Assembly (NCBI RefSeq): GCF_006345805.1
Contig: NC_043007.1
Span: forward strand, 55,180,001-55,244,000
Source of the DNA: Octopus sinensis
Lineage: Eukaryota
Direction of reading: 5' to 3'
DNA length: 64,000 nucleotides
Positions 13,096 to 24,669 of this stretch are shown here, in pieces (position 1 is the stretch's first letter; each line of letters opens with the position of its first letter). The translations under genes and the position numbers were made by a program. The notes under the pieces are model-generated. The model was not told where the DNA came from, did no database searches, and saw only the letters and a list, made by a program, of their open reading frames with translations.

Positions 13096-16000
13096 ATGGA
13101 TTACATTTATGTTGGTTGTTTAAATGTGCGCGGCCTGGAATCAAGCTGGAAGCAAGGTCGCTTCCTTAATGATATCAGGTCGCGTAATTTGGATGTTATT
13201 GTTGCTACAGAAACCCGGTTAGAGGGGCCAAGAGGTCTACTCCCGCTGTTTGACGGCTACGAGTGTTTTTTCTCTCCGGCCAGTCCTACAGGCGTGGGTG
13301 GGGTGTTGGTCCTATTAAAAAGAAACCGGGTTTTTGAGAAAAAGTTAATTTTTTCAGACCCAGAAGGTAGGCTGGTCGTCATGGATTTGACGTTCAGTAA
13401 CGGTAAAGTTATCAGACTGGTTGCAATTTACGCACCCAACCAAAAAGGGCAAAGTGATTATTTTCGAGAACTGGAAAACTTTCTTGGTACTTCGCATTCA
13501 TTAGTTGTGCTAGGAGACTTTAACACAATTTGCAAAGCGGATGTAGATTGTGTTGGCTTGCGTCCAGATAGAAAAGGTAACATTGGCTTCCTGGAACTGC
13601 TAAGCCGCTTTGAGCTAGCAGATCCTTATAGGTTGGAATTTCCGAACGCTCCATTGTGGACATGGTCAAACAGCGACGGATCTTCCAGGTCATACATAGA
13701 TAGGATACTAATTAGAAAAGTAGACAGAAAAATAGCTAAGTGTCCACAGTTTTACCTGGTCAGCTACAGTGATCATAAAATGGTCACCTGTAAGCTTGAC
13801 ATAGATAAGGTTAAAAATAGAGGCTCCGGTTACTGGAAACTTAATACGTCCCTTTTGGCTATTAAGGAGTACAGAGACCGGATTAGGACTATAATTCAGA
13901 GGGCGCTATCTGGTGCCATCATTAATAACAAATGGTGGTATGCCCTCAAGCGAGCCATCAAATTCGAGTCTATTAGATATAGCATAGGATTAGTGGCTAG
14001 AGAGGCTAGGAGGGAATCTACTCTAGTTAAGGAATTAGAGGAAGCCTTGAAAACTGGCTCTGCGACTCAGGTGACGGCCAAGAGACTGGCGTTAAACCAG
14101 CACCTCGAGGCCAAACACATGGGCTGCATTGTCAGGGCTAGGATCCGCGCAATGGGTTGTGAAGGAATCAACGCCGTGAGATGGGCCCGAGTGGTGGAAG
14201 CTCAGCGTGGTAACGACGCCACGATTCGATCTATGACGAACCAACAAGGTGAGTTGATAAACGAGCCCGAGGAGATGTGTGAGGCCTTTCAGGAGCACTT
14301 CGCTCAGCTTTTCGGTGAGTGCGGCGGACTGGATAGGAGGAGGGCCTTTACGGACCTCTTCGACGGGCTGCCGCGCTTATCGGGGCGAGATGCGGAGGGC
14401 TATGAAGGGCCAATCACGCCTGGGGAGGTGGTTGAGGCGATGGTGGACTGCAGCGCGGGCAAGGCGCCGGGTTTAGATGGTCTACCCTATGAGTTATATA
14501 AGAGTATGCCAGACTTGTTCGGGCACCTACTGGCGGAGGTCTATACGAACTGGCAGCAGAACGGGTTCATACCCAGATCTGTGCGCCGGGGAGTAGTGAA
14601 ACTCGTCAGAAAGTACCCGAGCAAGGGGGAGTGCATTGATAATTTCAGGCCCATCACTCTGCTAAACACAGAGTTGAAGATTTTGGCCAAAGTGTTATCG
14701 AAAAGATTAGCGCGTGTCGCGGATGGTCTGATCGGGGAGGCACAGACAAGTGCCGTTCCCGGCAGAACCATTCAGGATAATCTCCATCTTATGCGGTACA
14801 CTATAGAGGGGTTTAATAGTGATTCTGGCAAAAGGTGGGGCACTGGTCCATTTAGACCAACTAAAGCATTCGATAGGGTCGACCATCGCTACCTGGTATC
14901 TGCCCTGGCACAGTTCGGGCTGGGCCTTGGCTTCCTCAGGTGGATTATCTAAATTTACGACAACATCGACTCGGTAGTTCGGGTGAACGGTTTTTGTCGA
15001 AGCCGTTCAACATCAATCGCTCGGTTCGTCAAGGGTGTCCGCTCTCCCCGCTTTTGTACGTGATGGCTCTTGAGCCATTACTGCGAAAACTGAGCGGCAT
15101 CCCGAGACAGCCAGGTTGTGGAAAATCAGTGTCAGCGTACGCGGATGACATCACCATCATCGTAACCGAAATGGACCACCTACAGAGGGTAAGCAAGGCC
15201 ATAGAGGTTTACGAGACGGTGACAGGAGCAAAGGTTAATCGTGAAAAGTCAGTCGGCTTGCAACTCGGCACCTGGAAAGGCAAGTCAATGCCTCCTGACA
15301 GCGTCGTGGGACGTTGGACGGAGGGTCCGATTAAGTTGCTAGGGGTTTGGTTCGGTCCAGACCTCCAAATAGAGAAGAATTGGGGCGAGGTATCGAGCAG
15401 GGTGGCTGCAGTAACCAAGACCTGATCTTGGCGGTGGCTATCCCTGAAAGGGAGGGCGGAGGTAGCCAATGTGTTTATCGCATCGGTTATCACCTACCGC
15501 CTTTCCGTCATTCCTTGCCTTGATTCGTGGTTGATCAAGTTGGAAAGACAGCTCTTCTACTTCTTGTGGAAGGGCGGGAAACCACTTGTGAAACGCTCTA
15601 CTTGCTGTCAACAACCGTTAAAGGGTAGGCTAGGGATGCCTTGGCTGATGATGCGCAGACATGCGCTGATGTTAAGACATCTGTGGCTCTACCTGGATGG
15701 TGAACGGGTGTGGTCTCCGCTAGGAAAACTGATGTTTCCCAAGTTCACTAGTTTCGGTGGATGGGAAACCTGGCTGAATCGTAGATCGAAACTGGGCACA
15801 TGGTACACGGAGTGTCGCAAGGCTCTCCTGCTATTCTGTCGCTCGGGCAACGCCTGCGGTGGGGGTTCCACCACATTCTTCTATAGAGGGTTGGTAGAGG
15901 CGGAATGTGAAGATACCTTGGGGGAAACCCTAGGTCTCGACGATAATCAGCTGGCCAGTCTGTTCCGACGTACGTTCGAGCCGAAGACACCGGACAACTT

Positions 16001-16490
16001 CCAGAAGTCTCTGGCATGGCAATGCTACAGAGGAGCTCTACCTGTTCGGGATAAACTCGCAAGGCACGGTGGCCAAGACAGTCCGATATGTCCAAGATGC
16101 GAGCGGGATAAGGAAACCGTCCCGCACGCTATTGTTCATTGTTCGGTCGTGTCAGAGGTGTGGGTTTACGCCGAACAGCTGTTGTCAAGCACACGAAGAG
16201 TACAGCTGTCGACTGAGTCTATTACAAAAATTGACCCACCAGATTTCCTCGCGAAAGAAAGTAAGAATAGTTTTCTCGTTGTAGTAGCAATTGCGAAAGA
16301 GGTGATATGGAAGACGAGAATGAAAGGTTTACGGTCAGGCAAGTTCATCTCCGGCCCTGGTTTGATGAATTACTTCATCTTTCACCTGAAAAGGAAGATA
16401 GGGCTGGAGAGAAAATGCCTGACTAAGAGAGTGTACGAAGAACGATGGAAAGATGTAGCACGAAAGTTGCGAGTGGATGATCCCACATAA
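13096..16490 (+). pseudogene. Tx1-like ORF2p: APE endonuclease, reverse transcriptase and C-terminal Cys motif
   Basis: CLNVRGL, ATETR, VLGDFN, SYIDRI, SDH (APE); KAPGLDG, NFRPITLLN, KAFDRV, RQGCPLSPLLY, AYADD (RT); CPRC...H...C. Frameshifts at about 14830-14990 and a stop at 15423. Confidence 0.95.
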
Positions 16491-16912
16491 ATGTAAAACT
16501 AGACGAAACCAAAGTATCAGTAGGGAGGCGGGGCTCGTGGGGTCCGAGCTAAACCCGCTCCCACTCCATCCGTGATGTCTTCCGGTCTGTTCCTCATTCA
16601 ATTTTTAATATTTTTGTAATTTTTGTAAAGTTTTAAATTCGCCTTTTTTTGCAAACCCATTCGTTAATCAGACCCCACATCAGGTTGTATTGTCCCCTCT
16701 ATGTTTGCCCCTTGTGGGTAATAATAAAACAATTCCAGTCTCTTATATATTTTGAGTATTGCTATCACTAGCGATATCAAGATATAACTTTGTATTTTGC
16801 ATTTTATGTGTAGATGTATATATATAGATGTACATGTAATATGTACACATATATATACACATATACACATGCACTAGCACTATGACCCGGCAACGACGGG
16901 TCTTTAATGCTA

Positions 16913-16968
<56 letters not shown>

Positions 16969-16972
<4 letters not shown>

Positions 16973-17160
16973 GGAAAGTTTACGAAAATAAACAAAGGAC
17001 GAAGGCAGGTGGAGTAAAAACAAACAAATGTATTAGTATAGCGCTCAGGAATAGAAAAAGTCTTTTACGTTTCGAGCCTACGCTCTTCGACAGAAAGATT
17101 CACAAAAAAAAACAAGGAGAGAAAAATATGCGTGTAGGAGCTAACGATCTATCATGGCGT
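16969..17160 (-). mobile_element. Solo Penelope terminal-repeat fragment inserted in (TA)n
   Basis: Homologous to the termini at 43200-43340, 45060-45232 and 54420-54597. Confidence 0.75.
17061..17098 (-). ncRNA. Minimal type I hammerhead ribozyme motif with a variant core
   Basis: TCTTT-CTGTCGA-A-GAGC-gtag-GCTC-GAAAC-GTA-AAAGA: 5-bp stem I, 4-bp stem II, palindromic ACGT stem III, GUA cleavage triplet. Confidence 0.7.
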
Positions 17161-17330
17161 CATATATGTATATATTTTTGTGTCTGTATGTGTTTGTGTG
17201 TCGGTGTTTGTCCCCCACCATCACTTGACAGTAGATGTTGGTGTGTTAGCGCTTCAACCGATAGAATAATTAATAGGGTGCTCCAGCATGGATGCAGTCA
17301 AATAACTAAAACAAATAAAAGAATAAAAGA

Positions 17331-17388
<58 letters not shown>

Positions 17389-17389
17389 T

Positions 17390-19628
17390 TACTTACCTCC
17401 TCCCCCAAAATAACAAAACGAAAGAACCAAAAACTAGACATGTTTATCTACTACCTATAAGATTTTGACATCTATTCTAGTAGAGAAAACATATACGTTT
17501 ATGGAAGAGAATAACCTCTTTCTCATTGAACAAAAAGGATGCAGACGAGGCTCATACGAATGCAAAGATCAGCTCCTAATTAATCGCATGATCCTTGAGA
17601 ACTGCCATAACAAGCGCAGAAATCTCAGCTCTTCATGGATTGATTATAAAAAAGCCTTTGACAGCATACCGCATTCGTGGATTCTGAAATCGCTGGACAT
17701 TTTCAAAATTTCTCTTGTGATTTCAGATTTTTTAAAGTATAATATATCACTATGGAACACGAAGCTCCAATTATATCATTCTAATGGAGAATTGCGCTCA
17801 AGCAACATTAGCATAAACTGTGGAATTTTCCAAGGTGACTCACTTTCATCACTAATTTTCTGCATAGAACTAATACCACTCTCAAGTGAACTGAATAGAA
17901 CAGGATATGGCTACAAAATTGACAACAGGAAAATAAGCCATCTATTTTATATGGATGATTTAAAGCTATATGCCAAAAAAAAAAAAATGGCTTGAAGGAT
18001 TATTACATACCGTGAAAGGATTCAGTGATGATATCGGGATGGAGTTTGTCCTTGAAAAGTGTGCCAAAGCCACTTTTAAGAAAGGGAAATTGGTAAAGTC
18101 TAGTTCAATCGAATTAGATGTCGAAACAGTAATAAAGGAACTTGAGCAGGAACATGCAAGCATGAAAGAGAAGGTTAGGAAGGAATGCTATAGAAAAGTT
18201 CGAGCTGTCCTGAAGTCTGAGCTGAATGTATATAATAAGGTGTTAGCCATAAATTCCTTAGCAGTACAAGTTGTTCTTTATAGCTTCAATTTGCTTAACT
18301 GGAATACCAGTGAAATAATGAAAATTGACAGAAAAATCCGCAAGCTACTGACTTGTAATAAGATGCACCATCCAAAGGCAGACGTGGATCGCCTTTACCT
18401 TCCCAGAGCTCAAGGAGGTCGAGGTTTGATCCAGCTTGAACTTACATACAAAACCACCACAATCGGACTGGCCAAATACCTTGAAGTAACCAACGATTGG
18501 ATGCTAAAACTTGTTGAAAAACATGAAAGACCGAAAAAACTTCACTCTATTCTCAAAGAGAGCAAAAAATTCGCTGCTGATCTCTTAGATACCCACCAGA
18601 TTGATCAGGCTGAAGGAAATGCGCCAACTGCAGCTGCAAAGAAAATAAAATTAATTGCAAAGACAAAAGCACATGAACATTTAGCTAGCAGATGGGAACA
18701 GAAACCTCTCCATGGCAAGTATGTGACCCGTAGCAAACAAGCTGATGTCGACCAGAAACACACGCACCAATGGTTACGAAGCTCAGGGCTAAAAGCAGAG
18801 AGTGGAGGTTTCATATTAGCTGCTCAAGACCAAAGCTTATTAACCCGGAACTACCAAGCCAATGTGGTAAAAAATGGAGCTGACCCAAAATGCCGATTCT
18901 GTAACGATGAGATTGAAACAATAGACCACCTAATCTCAGGGTGTAGAGTCTTAGCACCTGCAGAATATAAAGCAAGACATGACAGAGTCGGCCAGTATTT
19001 ACATTGGACAATATGTAGGTATTATAAAATCAAAACCGCTGACAAATGGTATAAATACCATCCTGAAGCTGTGACTGAGGGAGAAAATGTGTCGATTCTA
19101 TGGGACTTCCCTGTACAGACCGACAAGACTATAAAAGCTAATAAACCGGATATTATTATAAAAGATCAGACAAAAAAGATGTGTGTATTAATTGACATGA
19201 GTATCCCTTGCGATCACAATATAGCGGCGAAAGAATTTGACAAGATTAGTAAATATAAAGACCTGCTAATAGAAATTGAAAAAATGTGGCATCTCAAGGC
19301 GACTACAGTACCAGTGATTGTAGGATCTCTAGGAATGATAAAAAAAAGGTACTGAAACCTATTTGAAAATGATTCCAGGCTTACCATCCCTACAGGAAGT
19401 GCAAAAAATCGTATTAACTGGAACGGCTCATGTACTGAGAAGAGCATTATCGCTGTGAAAACAACATCCATCCATGAATTTATTTATTTATTAATTTTTA
19501 AATACATATTTTATCTGTGAATTTGCGTATGTAGTCTGGGAATGCATACAATGAGCTTCTCTGCCCTAGGTGTATGGAAAACACTGGGCGAGAAATGGAA
19601 GAAAATTTGAAGAAAGAAGGAAAGAACA
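17390..19628 (+). mobile_element. 5'-truncated R4/Dong-clade LINE (RT, CCHC, restriction-like endonuclease) flanked by (TAA)n
   Basis: EQKGCRRG, WIDYKKAFDSIPH, GIFQGDSLS, HLFYMDDLKLY, ADVDRLYLPR, CRFC...H...C, RHD, ANKPDII...IDMSIP...KY.DL. Frameshifts occur at A-runs (about 17980 and 19345), the YKYLG block appears deleted, and the stop is at 19458. (TAA)n lies at 17335-17388 and from 19629. Confidence 0.92.
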
Positions 19629-20389
19629 TAATAATAATAATAATAATGATAATAATAGAAAGTAACAACAAAAGAACGAGACCGAGATATTAGATAACTA
19701 GAGGATTATTTATATATTTTATAATTGTCATTATAATACTCGAAGTTTCGAATGTCGGAGCGAAGAGTTACGATGCATTCTCGTCGCCTATTAATGGCAA
19801 CAGACGCTATGAAAACCTGTTGAATAAAAGGGAAGTTATTCTAATAGGTAGAAAAAGAAAAAAGAAAAAGGATAAGAAATACACGCTACCATATTCTCAC
19901 AATACATAGACATAAACCTCCTGCTTTCATAACGTCTACATACGTACACACTCACACAAACATGTATATGTACATGCACATACACACACACAAACATATA
20001 TGTGTTTATACGTACCCATACATACACACGTATCCACACACACTTAAGTCAAAATATATAGATCTACATAAGGAAAAGCATTTACGCCTGTATACGTGAA
20101 CACGTATGTATATGATTGCCTACTTATGCATACAGGCGTATATGCATCTATAGATATATGCGTACATAAATTAATATATATGGTCATCTGAATATTCAGT
20201 TTACAACATGCATGTCATCCACAACACTTTTGCAGTAGCTATCCTACATTCGGTTTTCTAAACTAATTACTGCAAGAGTTCAACGACAGAGAGGTACAAA
20301 CTAGCGAGCTGCTCGGTGTTACTGAAAACTTCAGCATCAGTGGAGATACAGACAAGTTATACTTCTCGGGCAAGGATTGTAGTCATGGT

Positions 20390-21095
20390 TTTTAATTTGT
20401 ATTGATGTCGAATGGTGCATGCATTGAAACACTGAAACAACATCTATAATATAGGAAAGAGGCCAGTAACTATCTTACCCAAGTTTGCGGCTACGAAATG
20501 AATGACATAATTAGGATAGTAAATGAGAGGCATGAAATAAGAGATGATATAGCTCTCTCTCTTTAAGGACCATTGGTAAATTCTAGTTTTTAGAGGAAAA
20601 GTATAAAAAGACCAGTTCGTTGGGAATCTAGTGCATGGGTAGTTGGTAAATGCCGTAGAAGGAATAAATCCTAGAAACAGCTCGGCATGGAGTACCGTCA
20701 AGTCTATGATATCCCACATTGAAGGCTACATCCATGCAATCCAAGAACAAAAGATCTCCACCAAGTACCTACAGCATAAATAAAGGAAACATAGACAGAC
20801 AACAAATTTGGCTGAGCAAAACTAAACCTGAAAACATCAAGGAACTACGAGAGAATGTCTTTTAGATCTCATCTCCTCATAAGCATGATGTGGTGACCAG
20901 AACAGTCTGAACAAGATCAGAAATAAAGAAAAATCCAACAGACTATATTCAGACCGATGGGTCAAAATAATGTTGATGGAGCTTAAAAATTTAGAGCAAC
21001 CACTAAGTTAAAATACAGCTGGTCAAATATTGTTATGTGAGACATGAAAAAGTATGCTCCGTTGTGGAAATCAGTTGCAGTTTGGACACCAATGT
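20390..21095 (+). mobile_element. Heavily decayed R4/Dong-like LINE 3' remnant
   Basis: IEGYIHAIQEQKISTKY at about 20718, KHDVV (the RHD position) at about 20880, and VVEISC...DTNV at about 21061. Confidence 0.55.
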
Positions 21096-22135
21096 GGTCA
21101 TGCTACCAAGTAGGTGATTGACCAAAATTAACTCTAAATTAAAAAGAGAAAAATAACATATAAACATACGTATAAACATATATCTTGCCGAGATCAAATT
21201 TGTCTTTCATCCTTTCGTGGTTGATAAATAAAACTCCAGTAAAGTACTGGGGTCAATAATTTTCTTTCAGTCTGTCTGACTTTCTCTGTTTTGGAAGAAT
21301 CAGCTGTGCCAGAGGGATGAGTCCCACCGCTTCTAAAAATACCCAAGACACACCGCATGTAACGACGGCACTCCTATTACTTTCAAGGTGTTGAAAGTCC
21401 CAAGCAAGACAAGACATATATACATACATAGCGGACTTAGTAGAAAGCTGTAAATATAACCTGAATATAACTTTACCTATGATAACTGGTAAACTCCATT
21501 ATTAACTCTCTTTGTTAGAAAATACACTTCACAATACCTGAAAGGACTAAACAAAATAGAAAATTAATGGAATGTTAAAGAAACATATATTCCAGGAGTT
21601 TAGGTTGTTAGAATGTGTATATGCATACTAACAAATGTATGTATACACATGTTCATACACATTTAAATCTCAACCCCAATTTCTGATTGATATAGTAAAG
21701 TTCACATTGGTACAACTATAACGTGTGTTCTACTGTGGAATTTAGATTTCCTGTGTGTATGGCCCTCATTTTTCAGCGCAGGCGAAGTACACGTGAGAGA
21801 GAAAGCGTGCTACATAGGATTAAGCGAATCTATGTCCCCACCCCATATAAGTATATATATATATATATACACACACATACCTACCTACATACATACATAC
21901 ATACATACATACACACACATATGTCATTTAATATACACAATATAAAGATGCTAGCTACTAATAAATTCTAGCTTTGGAGACACGTGCTTAGGCAGATTTT
22001 TATAACACGCCTTGTGTCTCCAAGTAATCTTTATGCTCTGAGCACTGTTATCTTTATATCGTGTACATTAAATGATATTATCCCTCAATGGATGGAATTT
22101 TTTTCTTTTGCTGATCTTACCTTAACGGAACAGTA

Positions 22136-22194
<59 letters not shown>

Positions 22195-22199
<5 letters not shown>

Positions 22200-22329
22200 T
22201 GAAGGAGAGCTCTGCTCGAAATGTTAAATCCTCCTTCTTTCTTTCCTTTCTTGAGCGTCCAATAACACTATACTTGTTCCCCGTCCTCGCGTTGTTGTGT
22301 TTTCTCTTTGTTCATGTTTGGAGCAACTA

Positions 22330-22332
<3 letters not shown>
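22195..22332 (+). mobile_element. Solo Penelope terminal fragment between two (TA)n tracts, with a decayed hammerhead
   Basis: GAGAGCTCTGCTCGAAATGTT...GCGTCCAATAACACTATACTTGTTCC is homologous to 3790-3900 and 58827-59000 (both minus strand). Confidence 0.75.
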
Positions 22333-22413
<81 letters not shown>

Positions 22414-22414
22414 C

Positions 22415-22517
<103 letters not shown>

Positions 22518-22919
22518 TTGTTAAACGCTTGTATTGCAGTATTTAGTTTGAGAGCTGTCCTTTTAAAAACTATTTTGTTAAAAAATCACAGCATATGTCA
22601 GAGCTGGGCGAAACGAAATCGTCTCGGAAGTGGACAAGAACAACATAAATCGATATTTTGCGGAAAAATTGTGAAAAATCAATGTCCATCGTTCTCGTTC
22701 ACTTCCGGGGCGATGTCGTTTTACCTAGTTTTGAGTTCACCTGTTTTCTCTTTAAAATATACGTCTCTGGCGAAATGCTGTAGACGTGTAGCATTTTCTG
22801 AGACATATATTAAATATTTGATATTGACAATGTTTACATTATTGATCGGCGTATAACACAAAATTTTCACACACACGTATATTAGTACTCACACACACAC
22901 ACACAGAAACACATACATA

Positions 22920-22966
<47 letters not shown>

Positions 22967-23228
22967 GTATACCTATGTATATATGTATATATACATGATG
23001 TATATGTATATGTTTGCATGTACTATGTTTGCATGTAATGTACATATATATGCACACATACGCACACGCGCACGAGGGAATGACTGAATGTTACTGATAC
23101 ATTACGATGATTAATCAAGATTTAGAGGGACCTGATTCTAAGATTTATAATCAAAACCATAGAATCAATATATTCGCCTTATTTCTCCAACTTCCCTCTT
23201 CCTTTCAACTCCAATCGTCCTCTGCTTA

Positions 23229-23296
<68 letters not shown>

Positions 23297-23399
23297 TCAT
23301 TCACTTGCTCTTATTTAGCCCACACTGTTAATTATCAATTCTTAGCATTGCTATTGCAATAATAAATGTGGTTTTCTTACTTTGAATTGTAATGATTTG

Positions 23400-23750
23400 C
23401 AACATAAGTACGAGATCAGAAATTTGGTAGTGAAAGATTAAGTGATTTAATTGATTTAATCGAGACTGGTTCTTCACTGATATTAAATTATTGATTTTGG
23501 GAAGATGAAAGGAAAAGTCAACTTCGGTGGGATTTGAACTCAAAATGTAAAGGGACGTATCTAAATGCGGCAAAGCGTTTTCTTTGGTTGCTAACCGGTT
23601 CTGCTATGTACCACCCTTTTGTAATAATCCCTTCTATTATAAGCACTTTGCTTGAAATTTTTGGGGAGGAAGCTAGTTGATTACCTTCACTCCGGTGCTC
23701 AACTGGTTCTCGTTCCCGACAGGATGAAAAGTAAAATCGACATCGGTACG
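23400..23750 (-). mobile_element. Two decayed Nin-domain tRNA SINE copies; others at about 21187, 30160-30500, 47520-48120, 48820, 50460, 52320 and 62800
   Basis: Variants of GGATGAAAGGCAAAGTCGAC.TCGG.GG.ATTTGAACTCA, matching the well-preserved copy at 60 kb. Confidence 0.7.
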
Positions 23751-24358
23751 CTGCAGCAATAATAACAATGGTCCTAATTATTGTAATGCTTTATTTTATA
23801 ATTCAGAAGGGCCATGACTTTGGGAATTGCACAAAAACAAAATCGTAACACGAAACAAGGCAATTTCCATGGAGTAAAAAAGGGAAAATCTTTAACAGCA
23901 ATGAGAATAATAATATATAAACAGCAAACGACAACGAAAATAACAAGAATAAGCAGAATGATAAGAAGCAACACACCTAAAATCTATATCAATCTGGTAT
24001 CTTTCCCACCAGTTGTTGCTCCATTTAGCCAATTCTGTCGATTTAAGCCAGGTTTCATGAAATTCATTGGAAAACGGCACCTACCACTTTATGAGTTTAT
24101 ATATCCATGGCTGTTAGCCTTTATCACTATCTTGTTTTATATTCTAAGACTTGTATTCATACATGCATGTGACTGGCTGCATGTATGTGTGTGTGTGTTT
24201 TCATACCTACATGTGTGTTATAGTCGTTTGTGTGAGTGCGCAAGTGTGCGTATTGGTTCATTTATTTTTCGTATGGATGACTTTCTTCCATGTCTAAGAG
24301 TTCTACGTACGTGTGTATGTATATGTGCGTGTGTGTGTATGTATGTATATATGTATGA

Positions 24359-24480
<122 letters not shown>

Positions 24481-24669
24481 GGCTTCAGTATCTATGTGTG
24501 TGCGTGTGTGTATGTATATTTTCGTATGTATATGTCTGGGTCTGCGCATTCGTTTCGATTTTGTCAGAAATGGTGACATTTTGTAATATTTTTAGTTTAA
24601 TAATAAAGAAGATTCTTGTGTTTTGAGAATTTGGTTATATGTTTGTTATATACAAATATTTATGTCTAC

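Larger units (their letters stand above)
11546..16727 (+). mobile_element. Full-length L1/Tx1-clade non-LTR retrotransposon, lightly decayed
   Basis: 5' UTR, ORF1 with CCHC, ORF2 with APE, RT and a C-terminal Cys motif, and a 3' UTR ending in a stem-loop plus AATAAAA. Confidence 0.93.
9130..16913 (+). mobile_element. Non-autonomous Helitron (about 0.73 kb when empty) interrupted by two tandem retroelements
   Basis: Starts A|TCTTTATATATATAAAACTGAG followed by (GTCT)n. Ends with the hairpin GACCCG-gcaacga-CGGGTC (16884-16902), then CTAG|T (16910-16913). It sits between A and T in a (TA)n tract with no TSD. Confidence 0.8.

Noticed and set aside
12385-15425. In-frame TGA at Trp positions (12385, 15423, also about 32741 and the mariner at about 3100), suggesting recoding
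   Set aside because: The same elements have frameshifts, TGG is used for Trp elsewhere, and TGG-to-TGA is a common single-step nonsense change in dead copies.
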